Source: the human T2T-CHM13v2.0 reference genome, Homo sapiens. From it: 64,000 nucleotides of DNA. The notes beneath the pieces were generated by a model. It was given only the letters and a program-made list of their open reading frames with translations, did not search any database and was not told the origin of the DNA. The stretch lies in the NCBI RefSeq assembly GCF_009914755.1, contig NC_060934.1; one strand, written 5' to 3'. This document shows, piece by piece, positions 33,561 to 51,352 of this stretch (position 1 is its first letter; each line of letters starts with the position of its first letter). The position numbers and the translations under genes were made by a program.

Positions 33561-34780
33561 GTCAGAAAATACATTTCTAAACTTGGGATAGGAAATAACA
33601 TTTTCACAAAGGTAAACTGTAAAGAAAGTGAAATAATAAGACACAATCCTGCAGAAGTTCTATATTTGCAACATATCTAACAGGATTAGATTTCAGACTA
33701 CATAAAGAATTTCTACAAGTCAATTAAAATACATCCAGTGAAAAAATAAGCAACATATGGACAATAGACATTTTGCAGAAGAAGCAATTTGGCAAATAAA
33801 ATCACGGGAAGGCATTAAAGCTGTTTGGAAAACAGGGAAATAAGACCATCGTAAGATACGATTTTGCATCTACAGGACTGGCAATAATTAAGTCTGATAA
33901 TGGATTATGGGTCAGTGGAAACTCATACTTCTGGGGAAAGTGGAAATTAGTATAATCACTTCGAGAAACAATTTGACATTATCACATAAGTTTGAATATT
34001 TGTGTAGCTATTGACTAATAGATTTCACTGCTATGTCTAGGCCACAAAGAAACCTTCATGTGGATACCAAGAAACCAAGAATGTTCATAGCTGTATGGTC
34101 TGCAGTAGCAAAAACCTAGAAATGACCACATGCCCATTGTGAGGAGCCTGAGTACATTATGGTATATTCACATGATGAAATATAACACAGCAATGGAAAA
34201 GTGTGAACCACGGCTACTCACAACTTGATATATCCCAGTAACATGACATTTAATAAAACAAGTCTCAAAATCATACCATTTGATACCATTGTTATAGTGG
34301 CATTAGCATTGTAGCAGCAAAGCCAAACAATACGGAAGAATTCATATTACAATGTTATTTCACTTTTATAAATCATAGGGATAATGTATGCAAAACTGGT
34401 GGTGGTGTCTTTGGGGGTTATTCAGGGCAATAGGATGGGGCCAGCACACAAGTGGGGCCACTGGTATTAGTAATGTTCTGGCCTTCAGATGGGGGCTGGT
34501 TCCCAGCATGTGCCTTTTACATTTTATTAGGGATGGGGTCCACACACCCTTCTGATGTGAAATGTCATGATAATGATGAAGGAAAAATAAATAAGAAATA
34601 GCCTCTGTATATAAAGAGTAATCAGAGTTAATATAGGAAGGGAACTTCCTAGATAAAATGCTAGGAGTAAATTTCATGGGCAGTGTGCAAGAGCATTGTG
34701 AAGACATTGAGAGTCTGCCGAGAGCCACAAAGGAAACTTGAACAAAAAGTCACAATTTGTTCTTAGAAAAATTTATTCTC

Positions 34781-34869
34781 GATGGATTGATAGGTGCAGC
34801 AAACCACATGGGACATGTTTACCTACGTAACAAACCTGCACGTCCTGCACGTATATTCCAGAATTTAAA
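34781..34869 (+). mobile_element. ~90-bp severely truncated L1PA 3' end
   Basis: ataggtgcagcaaaccac...gtaacaaacctgcacgtcc; TSD AGAA(A/C)AATTTATTCT at 34765-34779 and 34870-34884. Confidence 0.85.
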
Positions 34870-34989
34870 AGAACAATTTATTCTTATAAAGATGTCAATT
34901 CTCCCTGACTTCATAGGCTTAACATTTTATAACAATTTTAGAGTTTTTTCCCCAATCTGGACAAGCTGAGAACTCTCAGCAAATCTTAA

Positions 34990-35800
<811 letters not shown>

Positions 35801-36976
35801 CTTTGGTAACTTTTAAAATATTGACATATAATTAATATACCACAAAACTCACCCTTTAAAAATATGCATGATTCGGTGGCTTTTTATTATATTCACAAAG
35901 TTGTACAATAATCACCATTATCTATCTTCAACATTTTCATCACCCCCAGGAGAAATCTCATAACCATTAGAAACCATTCTCCCTTTTCCTCTTCTTCCAG
36001 CCCTTTGCAACCACTAATCTACTTTGTCTGATTTGCCTATTCTGGACATTTTGTATACATAGAATTATACAATATGTGACCGTTTGTGCAATGTTTATTA
36101 AATTTTGAATGAACTCTCTATTCATGCTCAGGTGTTCCTTCTGAGTCAGAAAATATATTTTAGAGTCTTTAAGATGTTGTGTACTTTGTGCTACAAGATC
36201 TCAATGCTTTATAATGGGCAAACCACCTCACTATCCTTAGACCCTTGAATACTAAGTTGGCATGGGTGATTAAAATACTACATGTAATGTAAAAGATAAA
36301 TTCAAGAAGAACGTGTAACTTGGAAAATCTGAAGTAGTCAGCAACTTTAGGGACTGGGAAGGCAGCTTTCCCAGGGATAACTAAGTGATAAAGCGAACTG
36401 TGTCCAGAATATATTTTAAGTACTTACTAATGTGAAAGCATTGTGGAATCTTCACGTCTTCTAAAAGTCACGTTTTTACGTGACTGATTGCAAATGCAAC
36501 ATAAGGTTAAAGTTGCTCAGAACTTATTTCATTCTGTTGAAAAGACAAAACTGCGTTTGAATTATTCTTGTGTATACTTTAATTTCAGATGAATTTTGAC
36601 AGTTAAAAGTTGGTTTGCTGTAGAACATGATTTTTCTGTTTTAGAGTAGCACACGATAATGGCATACATAAAGCAATTTGCTACTGGAGAATTTGTAGCA
36701 ATATTTGATGTTTGGTTTATTTACTTATTTGAGTTCCCACTTTATTTTGTACATATTTTCCCTTATTTTGATTAATTCTCCATGAGCTATTTTGGATAAA
36801 TAAAAGTCATATTTGTCCTTCTACCTTTATAGTTTTCCAGGCACTCATGTAAAAATTGATCAAATCTAGAAATCAATTGGGTGATTCCTAGAAATTTCTG
36901 TTACTTGAAGAACACAACTTTTTCATTGTGATCTCTGATGAATAAACCTTTTTCACTTAACAATTCAATACCTTCC

Positions 36977-37487
36977 TGTTGGGAGCAGGCCCCCCAAAAT
37001 CTGGCGATAAACCAGCCCCAAAACTGGCCATAAACAATCTCTGCAGCACTGTAACATGTTCATAATGGCCCTAACGCCCAAGCTGGAAGGTTGTGGGTTT
37101 ACAGGAATGAGGGCAAGGAACACCTGGCCTGCCCAGGGTGGAAAACCGCTTAAAGGCATTCTTAAGCTACAAACAATAGCATGAGCGATCTGTGCCTTAA
37201 GGACATGCTCCTGCTGCAGTTAACTAGCCTAACCTATTCCTTTAATTCGGCCCATCCCTTCCTTTCCCATAAGGGATACTTTCAGTTAATTTAACATCTA
37301 TAGAAACAATGCTAATGACTGGTTTGCTGTTAGTAAATACGTGGGTAAATCTCTGTTGGGGGCTGTCAGTTCTGAAGGCTGCGAGACCCCTGATTTCCCA
37401 CTTCACACCTCTGTATTTCTGTGTGTGTGTCTTTAATTCCTCTAGTGCTGCTAGGTTAGGGTCTCCCCAACCGAGCTTGTCTCCACA
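36977..37487 (+). mobile_element. MER9 (HERV-K9/HML-3) solo LTR
   Basis: TGTTGGGAGCAGGCCCCCCAAAATCTGG start, CA end; 6-bp TSD CCTTCC at 36971-36976 and 37488-37493. Confidence 0.9.
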
Positions 37488-37721
37488 CCTTCCACTGTTC
37501 TTCTTAGTACTTCAGCATAATACTGTATGTTCCTTCTTTGTCCTGCAAGACAACGGTAAAGTGCATTATAATTAATTTATGTGTAATCCAAGTAAACAAG
37601 CCTCATTGTGTTGTATGTGTCTTATGATTAAGAGCTCAATACATTTAATCTAGTCTGACAGTTTGCCTGGTGTAAGTCATGTGTGTCTTGTTAAAAAAAA
37701 TTTAATAAGAACAAAACAACT

Positions 37722-38635
37722 GGGGGGAGGAGCCAAGATGGCCGAATAGGAACAGCTCCGGTCTACAGCTCCCAGTGTGAGCGACACAGAAGACGGGTGA
37801 TTTCTGCATTTCCATCTGAGGTACCGGGTTTGTCTCACTAGGGAGTGCCAGACAGTGGGCGCAGGCCAGTGGGTGCGCGCACCGTGCGCAAGCCGAAGCA
37901 GGGCGAGGCATTGCCTCACTTGGGAAGCGCAAGGGGTCAGGGAGTTCCCTTTCCGAGTCAAAGAAAGGGGTGACAGACGCACCTGGAAAATCGGGTCACT
38001 CCCACCCGAATATTGTGCTTTTCAGACCGGCTTAAAAAACGGCGAACCACGAGATTATATCCCACACCTGGCTGGGAGGGTCCTACGCCCACGGAATCTC
38101 GCTGACTGCTAGCACAGCAGTCTGAGATCAAACTGCAAGGCGGCAGCGAGGCTGGGGGAGGGGTGCCTGCTATTGCCCAGGCTTGCTTAGGTAAACAAAG
38201 CAGCCAGGAGGCTCGAACTGGGTGGAGCCCACCACAACTCAAGGAGGCCTGCCTGCCTCTGTAGGCTCCACCTCTGGGGGCAGGGCACAGACAAACAAAA
38301 AGACAGCAGTAACCTCTGCAGGCTTAAGTGTCCCTGTCTGACAGCTTTGAAGAGAGCAGTGGTTCTCCCAGCACGCAGCTGGAGATCTGAGAACCGGCAG
38401 ACTGCCTCCTCAAGTGGGTCCCTGACCACTGACCCCTGACCCCCGAGCAGCCTAACTGGGAGGCACCCCGCAGCAGGGGCACACTGACACCTCACACGGC
38501 AGGGTATTCCAACAGACCTGCAGCTGAGGGTCCTGTCTGTTAGAAGGAAAACTAACAAACAGAAAGGACATCCACATCGAAAACCCATCTGTACATCACC
38601 ATCATCAAAGACCAAAAGTAGATAAAACCACAAAG
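37722..38635 (+). promoter_or_regulatory. L1 5'UTR internal sense/antisense promoter with intact YY1 site
   Basis: CAAGATGGCCG at 37734-37744; CpG-rich 5'UTR. Confidence 0.8.
37958..38173 (-). pseudogene. L1 ORF0 frame with ATG mutated to ATA
   Basis: Translation IAGTPPPASLPPCSLISDCC...HPFL, 71 codons plus stop, versus ORF0 MAGAPPPASL... Confidence 0.8.
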
Positions 38636-39647
38636 ATGGGAAAAAAACAGAACAGAAAAACTGGAAACTCTAAAACGCAGAGCACCTCTCCTCCTCCAAA
38701 GGAACGCAGTTCCTCACCAGCAACGGAACAAAGCTGGATGGAGAATGACTTTGACGAGCTGAGAGAAGAAGGCTTCAGACGATCAAATTACTCTGAGCTA
38801 CGGGAGGACATTCAAACCAAAGGCAAAGAAGTTGAAAACTTTGAAAAAAATTTAGAAGAATGTATAACTAGAATAACCAATACAGAGAAGTGCTTAAAGG
38901 AGCTGATGGAGCTGAAAACCAAGGCTCGAGAACTATGTGAAGAATGCAGAAGCCTCAGGAGCTGATGTGATCAACTGGAAGAAAGGGTATCAGCAATGGA
39001 AGATGAAATGAATGAAATGAAGTGAGAAGGGAAGTTTAGAGAAAAAAGAATAAAAATAAATGAGCAAAGCCTCCAAGAAATATGGGACTATGTGAAAAGA
39101 CCAAATCTACGTCTGATTGGTGTACCTGAAAGTGATGGGGAGAATGGAACCAAGTTGGAAAACACTCTGCAGGATATTATCCAGGAGAACTTCCCAAATC
39201 TAGCAAGGCAGGCCAACGTTCAGATTCAGGAAATACAGAGAACGCCACAAAGATACTCCTCGAGAAGAGCAACTCCAAGACACATAATTGTCAGATTCAC
39301 CAAAGTTGAAGGAAAAAATGTTAAGGGCAGCCAGAGAGAAAGGTCGGGTTACCCTCAAAGGGAAGCCCATCAGACTAACAGCGGATCTCTGGGCAGAAAC
39401 CCTACAAGCCAGAAGAGAGTGGGGGCCAATATTCAACATTCTTAAAGAAAAGAATTTTCAACCCAGAATTTCATATCCAGCCAAACTAAGCTTCATAAGT
39501 GAAGGAGAAATAAAATACTTTACAGACAAGCAAATGCTGAGAGATTTTGTCACCACCAGGCCTGCCCTAAAAGAGCTCCTGAAGGAAGCGCTAAACATGG
39601 AAAGGAACAACCGGTACCAGCTGCTGCAAAATCATGCCAAAATGTAA
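38636..39647 (+). pseudogene. L1 ORF1p, disrupted
   Basis: MGKKQNRKTGNSK...; TGA at 38963 and 39023 (CpG decay); frameshift near 39310. Confidence 0.95.
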
Positions 39648-39695
39648 AGACCATCAAGACTAGGAAGAAACTGCATCAACTAACAAGCAAAATAA

Positions 39696-43513
<3,818 letters not shown>

Positions 43514-45271
43514 ACAATGAGATCACGTGGACACAGGAAGGGGAATATCACACTCTGGGGACTGTGGTGGGGTGGGGGGAGGGGGGAGGGATAGCAATGG
43601 GAGATATACCTAATGCTAGATGACGAGTTAGTGGGTGCAGCGCACCAGCATGGCACATGTATACATATGTAACCTGCACAATGTGCACATGTACCCTAAA
43701 ACTTAAAGTATAAAAAAAAAAAAAAGAACAAAACAACCAATATGTATATATTTTGGAATAGACTGGCCAAGATCTTATAACTATTTGCTCATATTTTTTA
43801 TAATACCTGTTTAGGAAACATTTAAACAAATCCTTTATGTTCTGCTTGATTCTCTGTAAATAGGAATCATGATTTTGGAGGCAGAAAAATTTGCAACTTC
43901 ACAGTGTTGCTGTGAGTTGCTCATTGTGACAGGCAAGGATGAAAGTTCAAGGTACTTAGGGACGGAAGTCAACACATTCATTGAAACAAGGCTGTGCTGA
44001 CTGTAGAAATTGTTTTCTGTTTGGAAGGTTTTGTTTTCTGTTGGGAGTATTCTGATTCTCAGTCTTACTTCTTTTCTGTTATTACCAACATTTTGTTGGT
44101 GATCATGATTCTTAATGAAACAGTTCTGCATACCATTTCAACCATCAGAGTTTTTAGTCTCCATTGTTTTATAGGAGTGTTCTTGACATTTTGAGGCTCC
44201 TGCCAATCTTCATTCTTTCAATTTCCTTTTTTGGTTTCCACTAAGATACCTTCCGTTGAGTTTAAATTTTAGAATGATCAATAATTGTGGAAAAAAATTC
44301 ATCTGAAATTGAGACACACACAAAAGCAATTCAAATGCATTTAAAAACTGCCACTGTGTTCAGTTGAGCCCTGTAATTGTGTAACCAAATTATTCTTGTA
44401 CTGTAAATATTGAATTATTGATGGGATACATGTGGGCGTTTTTCACTGGAACATTTGTTTCTTCAGGCCACTTTGCTATATTGGTGGCAATTTTGCATGC
44501 TGCTTTATCTGGAACTGTCAGACTTTGTGGGGACAAGATGTGTCAGATAAGTTCAGGTGTGCATAAATCAGGCAGCCTCATCCCAAGTTGTACTTACTAT
44601 TTGTTGTAATATTTGGTGTTTGTGTCCTACAAACCCAGGAATTTTCACAAATTTTATTTCATGTGATTTGCTTTAAAAAAAAAAGCGTGGTGTGTTTATA
44701 ATTATGTACACTATTTTTTGAGTATCTTTCTTGACAGGTGAAAACTTTTATTTTAACTAGGTATCAATAAGAACCAAATTCTCTGCTTAAAATTGTAAAA
44801 CTTTGGTGTTTGGGTGTTTGCCCGAAATGTCAGGTCAGGGTTTAGATGCCAATCCTGCCGGTTTCTTGCCCTGAAAACCACTGAGCTGTATGATTTAAGT
44901 CAGTGAATTTATAGTGTGCAGATTTCATCTGAATAAAGCTGTTTAAAAAAAAGTTCAGAGAAGATGTTTTTTACTGAGCTCTGACCCAAACCAGGATCAC
45001 CCTTGTGTGTATCAGGTGCTGGGGCTGGGGGATCTGGACACCAAAGCACTTCTCTGTGCCTGGAAAATTCCTATTTGCATTTTCCAGCAGCTCAGGTGTC
45101 ATCTGGATGAAAATGTTCCTCGATGTCTGAGACAGAGTGGCCCACCCTCCTGGTTTGTATACCTCTGCTTGCCTCTCTCCGGTGGAATGGTACCTTGTTG
45201 TTGTTCTGTGAGTTGTTTGTTTCCCTCTGTCTCCCTTAAGACCTTTGCTGCTGTGGTGCCCAGCAGGAAAT

Positions 45272-45275
<4 letters not shown>

Positions 45276-45325
<50 letters not shown>
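45276..45325. repeat. (AC)n microsatellite
   Basis: About 25 AC units. Confidence 0.95.
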
Positions 45326-45327
<2 letters not shown>

Positions 45328-45490
45328 TTCTTACGTGCCTGATATGGTGGACTCATTAAAGGCTGGGGTGGCAGCTCTGGGGGAGTTAATTTGCTTTATC
45401 CCCATAGGGAGAAAGCTCAGTGTAGAAAATGCTGTGTTCTCTTCCTCACAGCTGCTGACTTCAGGATACTGGTCAGCCTCTGTTTCTTCG

Positions 45491-45662
45491 TAGTGGTTTT
45501 TAGACTTGCATGTGCATTGGAATGACCTGAAAGTCTGTTAACACGTGAAATGCTTGGCCCCAGCCTCAGAGTTTGGGTCAGTAGGACTGGTGTCAGAACT
45601 GATAATTTCCATTTCTAGCCAGTTCCCAGTGATAAGCCAGGAACCCTGCTTTGAAAACCACT
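45491..45662. mobile_element. MER5A-like hAT-Charlie MITE
   Basis: tagtggttt...ctttgaaaaccact terminal inverted repeats; catttctagccagttcccag. Confidence 0.65.
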
Positions 45663-46359
45663 TGGCCCCCCTGCCAGGGCTCACTTGTCTTGGGAGAGGG
45701 CTTGTGAAGGCCCCTCTGTTTGTGCAGTTTGGTGGTTTGCATCAGGCTCTATGGCTGAAGTTGGAACCTTCAAGAGGCCCCCCTAGATCCATGTCACTAG
45801 TCTAGTCTGAATGACTGTCTAGGGATTTCCAGACTTTGCTTTCCAGACCTCCTAAATAGAATGGAGTCACCTCAGGGTGACTGATCAGGGAGGTGGTGTG
45901 GGTGATGCTTCAGACCTCACCTTCTCACCAGATCAGCTCTGTTTTTATGTCTTAGGCACGAGGATCCTATAGGTGAACTTGTTTGGAGAATGAGTTCCTA
46001 TGCGGGGGAAGAACCCCACATTTTTATGGTAACAACCTGGATTCTGGGCCCTACAAAGTGAGCAGCTTGTGAAAGCCCTGAGATTTCCTCTGAGCTGCAG
46101 GTCCCAGAAAGCCAGAGGGCCAGAATGCCTCTTGGTTGCTAAGTTGTATTTTTTTCATTTCAGAGAGAGCTACAACTCCAAATTCAGCATAGCTTTGTGG
46201 TTCAGATGCTGAAGTCAGACAGAGTTGGGTTCAGGTCCTGGCCCTGCCCCTCCTAGCTGGGCACGCTGCTGCTTCTGGGAGGCCTTTGTGTCTGTGCCTG
46301 TAACATGGGCCATGATTCTCTGCCTTCCCCATGGGCTGCTGTGAGTCTTGGATGAAATC

Positions 46360-46852
46360 TTTTGGAAGTAAAGCTCAGAGTCGCAAAGAAAATGAGCACT
46401 TAAAGGATTTCTCAGCAAGGCAAAATTTACTTCTGCAGAAGGGTGCTGCTCGCAAGTTTGGTCACCATGAGAGCACACCGAACGAAGGAGGGAAGGGGTT
46501 TTTATCCCTAACACAGTGTGTCCCTGCTGCTGTGTCCTATCTCCACTGTGGAGTTGGACCGTACAATCTAAGCAGAACCTGATTGGCTAACTTGAATGGT
46601 GCAGGAATGTGGTTACAATGGGGGAAGGGGCAGTTTTGGTGGGAAGAGCCATTGCGACAGGAGGGGTAATTTACAGAGCGGGTAGCAGATGTGGGCTCTG
46701 TAGATAAGGACCAGTGGGAAAGTTGTTTACTGAAACTGAGACAGGGAGGCATAAAGGATAAGGAAGTTAGTTTGGCCTTGGAAGTAGGGAACGAAGAGCA
46801 AGGATGCTGAACAAGCTAAACCTTTGAAGAGGAACTTCTTTTGTATCTAACA
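46360..46852 (-). mobile_element. LTR10-family (HERV-I) solo LTR
   Basis: Reverse strand starts TGTTAGATAC...GTTCCTCTTCAAAGG, ends GAGCTTTACTTCCAA. Confidence 0.7.
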
Positions 46853-47101
46853 GATTGTAGATCCCAAACACTTGGCACAGTATCTGACCCATCATCAGTG
46901 CTCAGTTAAATATTAGTATTGTCATGATGGTTTTGTTATTGTAGTGAAAATTAGAACATTATTCTTAAAGGATCAATAATTTTTAAATGAAATAAATATG
47001 AAGACCTACTTGAAATCTCAGAAAAAATTTCAATAGTTCATGGATTTTTTTTTCCTGTACTGGGCAAAATTGATTTTTCATTTTAAAAAAATAGAGAAAG
47101 G

Positions 47102-47402
<301 letters not shown>

Positions 47403-47562
47403 GGGGAAGGAAAATGAATTAAAGGAGGATTTACTTAACTAAAAGACAGTTTTAAAAGAACAACTGCCGACACTCATAACATTAGCAGCAATCGCTTTAG
47501 CATTTTGTGTTGATTGCTTTGCTCCACCAAGAATATCTGTGAAACACTCATAATGCTCAAAG

Positions 47563-48235
<673 letters not shown>

Positions 48236-49315
48236 CCATCTTATTTTTAAATGAAGTTTTAATAAGATCTCAGTTGTATGCTTCATCTCAAGTGATTATT
48301 CAGCTCCAAAACAAATCAAGTTCCTTCCAAGTACAAAAGAATCTATGTTCTAAGGCAGTGGAAGGAAGCAGGGTTGGGGAGGATATATCATGTTCAAGGA
48401 AAATGAAAAGAACTTAATGTTTTGAAAGACTTCTAGTCAAAGGAACTATGACTCATTATCCTGGATGTGATGGGAGGTGGGGGGCATTTAAGCCCACATT
48501 CCCACTTCCATTTTAAAGTCAGAATCAGGAGGAAAATGGGGATTGAGATAAAGAATTTTGCTGTATCACAGTTTGGCTGAAAGGCGTTCTGCCTAGCAAG
48601 GATGCAGGTGATTTACACACGATCTACTCTTGAAGCTTAAACCAGTACTTCTATGATACATTTTTTGGGGGGGGGGGGCGGTGGTGGGGGTAAAGGGAGG
48701 AAACAACCAGGATGAGGATTGAATATATTTGAAAGGAGATTCAAAGTGATGTTTATTGAGCACTTCACTTTGGAAAAGCAAAAAATCAAAGGCTGTCTTA
48801 AAGATTGTACAGAAAATATGATTTATTGGAGATATCCCTTGCCTCCAAGCTCTAATATTAAGCCTCCAAATATAATGCAAGTTATATTGGTATAGAAAAT
48901 GGGAAGGAGCAGGCAGATTTATTATGTATGAGCATGAATAATTTTTATCTTTATTGCTTTCCCACTTCAGATCAAGTTGGAATTTTTAACTTTTCACCAA
49001 AGATTCTTTGGTTTTACAGAAAATATACCACAGGTACATGAAATGTAATATATTTATTGTATAGGTTTTTAATAGTAGAAAGTAATTTTATAGTTAGGCA
49101 GTTTAAAATTAAAATTATAGTTTAGTGGTCATAAGAGTTAGATCATTGTGTGGTAACCTGTGAGTGTGTTTATTTAGCAATGATGGTGACCATGAAGGGA
49201 CTCGCTCAGGCCATTTAGGAGAATATCCGACAAGCCAGAAGGAAGATGATTTTAATAACCAGGAAAAACGTAAAACTCATTATAGATTTGTATAATAAGG
49301 GCGAGTTCGGGGTAG

Positions 49316-49619
<304 letters not shown>

Positions 49620-49906
49620 TTACTGTAGACATCTTTAACATATCACAATCTTCCTTCAAATAATACCCCACTGCTTGATCTTATGCACAAGAACCTTACG
49701 ACAGTATTCTTCCAGGCCCCAGACTCTGTGCTGTTGTTATCCTCTATGTTGCTTTTGCATATCCTATTAACCTCACAAAACGTTGTTATTTTTGTTGTAG
49801 GCAGACAACATATTTTATATTTACCCACATACTTGCCTTTGTTAGGGCTCTTTGTTACTTTGTGTAGATCCAGATTTGTATCTTGTATGGTTTCTCTTCT
49901 GCCTGA

Positions 49907-50333
<427 letters not shown>

Positions 50334-50364
50334 TAGTTTGACACACTTTCCTTCTGAGTACTTT

Positions 50365-51287
50365 TTTTTTAATATTTAAAAAATTGGTTTCTTTTACATT
50401 TTTAATTGACTTTTTTGGCCCATATTTATGGGGTATATAGTGATGTTTTGGTGCATAAAGTGTACAGTGATCGCATCAGGGTAATTAGCATATCGTCTGG
50501 AACATTATTTTGGGAGGGTGAACATTAAATATTCTCTTTCTAGCTATTTGAAACTATGTATTACTGTTAACTATAGTCATTCTACAGTACTGTAGAACTC
50601 TAGAACTAATTCCTCCTATCTAGCTGTAATTTTGTATCCTTTAGCAAACCTCTTCCTATCTCTCTGCTCCCTTTACCCTTCCCAGCCTCTAGTATCCTCT
50701 GTTCTCTTTTTTACTTCTGTGTGATCAACATTTTTTTTAGCTTCTGTATTAGTCTGTTTTCACATTGCTATGAAGAACGGCCCGAGACTGGGTAATTTAA
50801 AAAGAGGCTTAATTGATTCATAGTTCTGCATGGCTGAAGAGGCCTCAGGAAACTTACAATCAGGGTGAAAGAGGAAGCAGGCATGTCTTACAGGGTTTCG
50901 CCATGTTGGCCAGGCTAGGTCTCGAACTCCTGGTCTCAAGTGATTGGCCAGCCTTGGCCTCCTAAGGTGCTGGGATTACAGGCATGAGCCACCATGCCAA
51001 GCCTTTTGTAGTTTTTTGAGGAACCTCCATACTGTTTTCCATAGCGGCTATACTACTTTACATTCCCACCAAGAGTGTTTAAGAGTTCCCTTTTCTCTAC
51101 ATCCTCACTAGCATTTGTTATTTTGTCTTTTGATAATAGCCATCCTCCAGTGAGGTGATACCTCACTGTGATTTAGAGTTGCATTTCCCTTTATAATTAA
51201 TAATGTTGAGCATTTAAAAAATATATTTCTTGGCCATTTGTTTGTCTTCTTTTGAGAAATGTCTTTAGATCATTTGCCTATATTTAA
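50365..51287 (-). mobile_element. L1MA (about MA3-5), non-inverted 3' segment of a twin-primed insertion
   Basis: L1MA 3'UTR (catatttatggggta...tcagggtaattagcatatc); left TSD tctgagtacttt at 50353-50364. Confidence 0.8.
50745..50892 (-). mobile_element. MST/THE1 MaLR LTR fragment fused to a partial Alu (to 51003)
   Basis: tgtattagtctgttttcac...ggcctcaggaaacttacaatc; joins Alu at acagg. Confidence 0.75.
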
Positions 51288-51352
51288 GTTGCATAGTTTG
51301 AGAATACAAACAAATGGAAAGACATCCCATGCTCATGGATCAGAAGAATTAA

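Noticed and set aside
32843-33680. ORFs of 178, 149 and 87 aa
   Set aside because: They lie within the LTR5A LTR; no gag/pol/env is present.
46360-46852. p53 response element in LTR10 (and in MER61A at 22155-22486)
   Set aside because: I saw no paired RRRCWWGYYY decamers in either copy.
48667-48699. G-quadruplex-forming G run
   Set aside because: Isolated G homopolymer with no supporting context.
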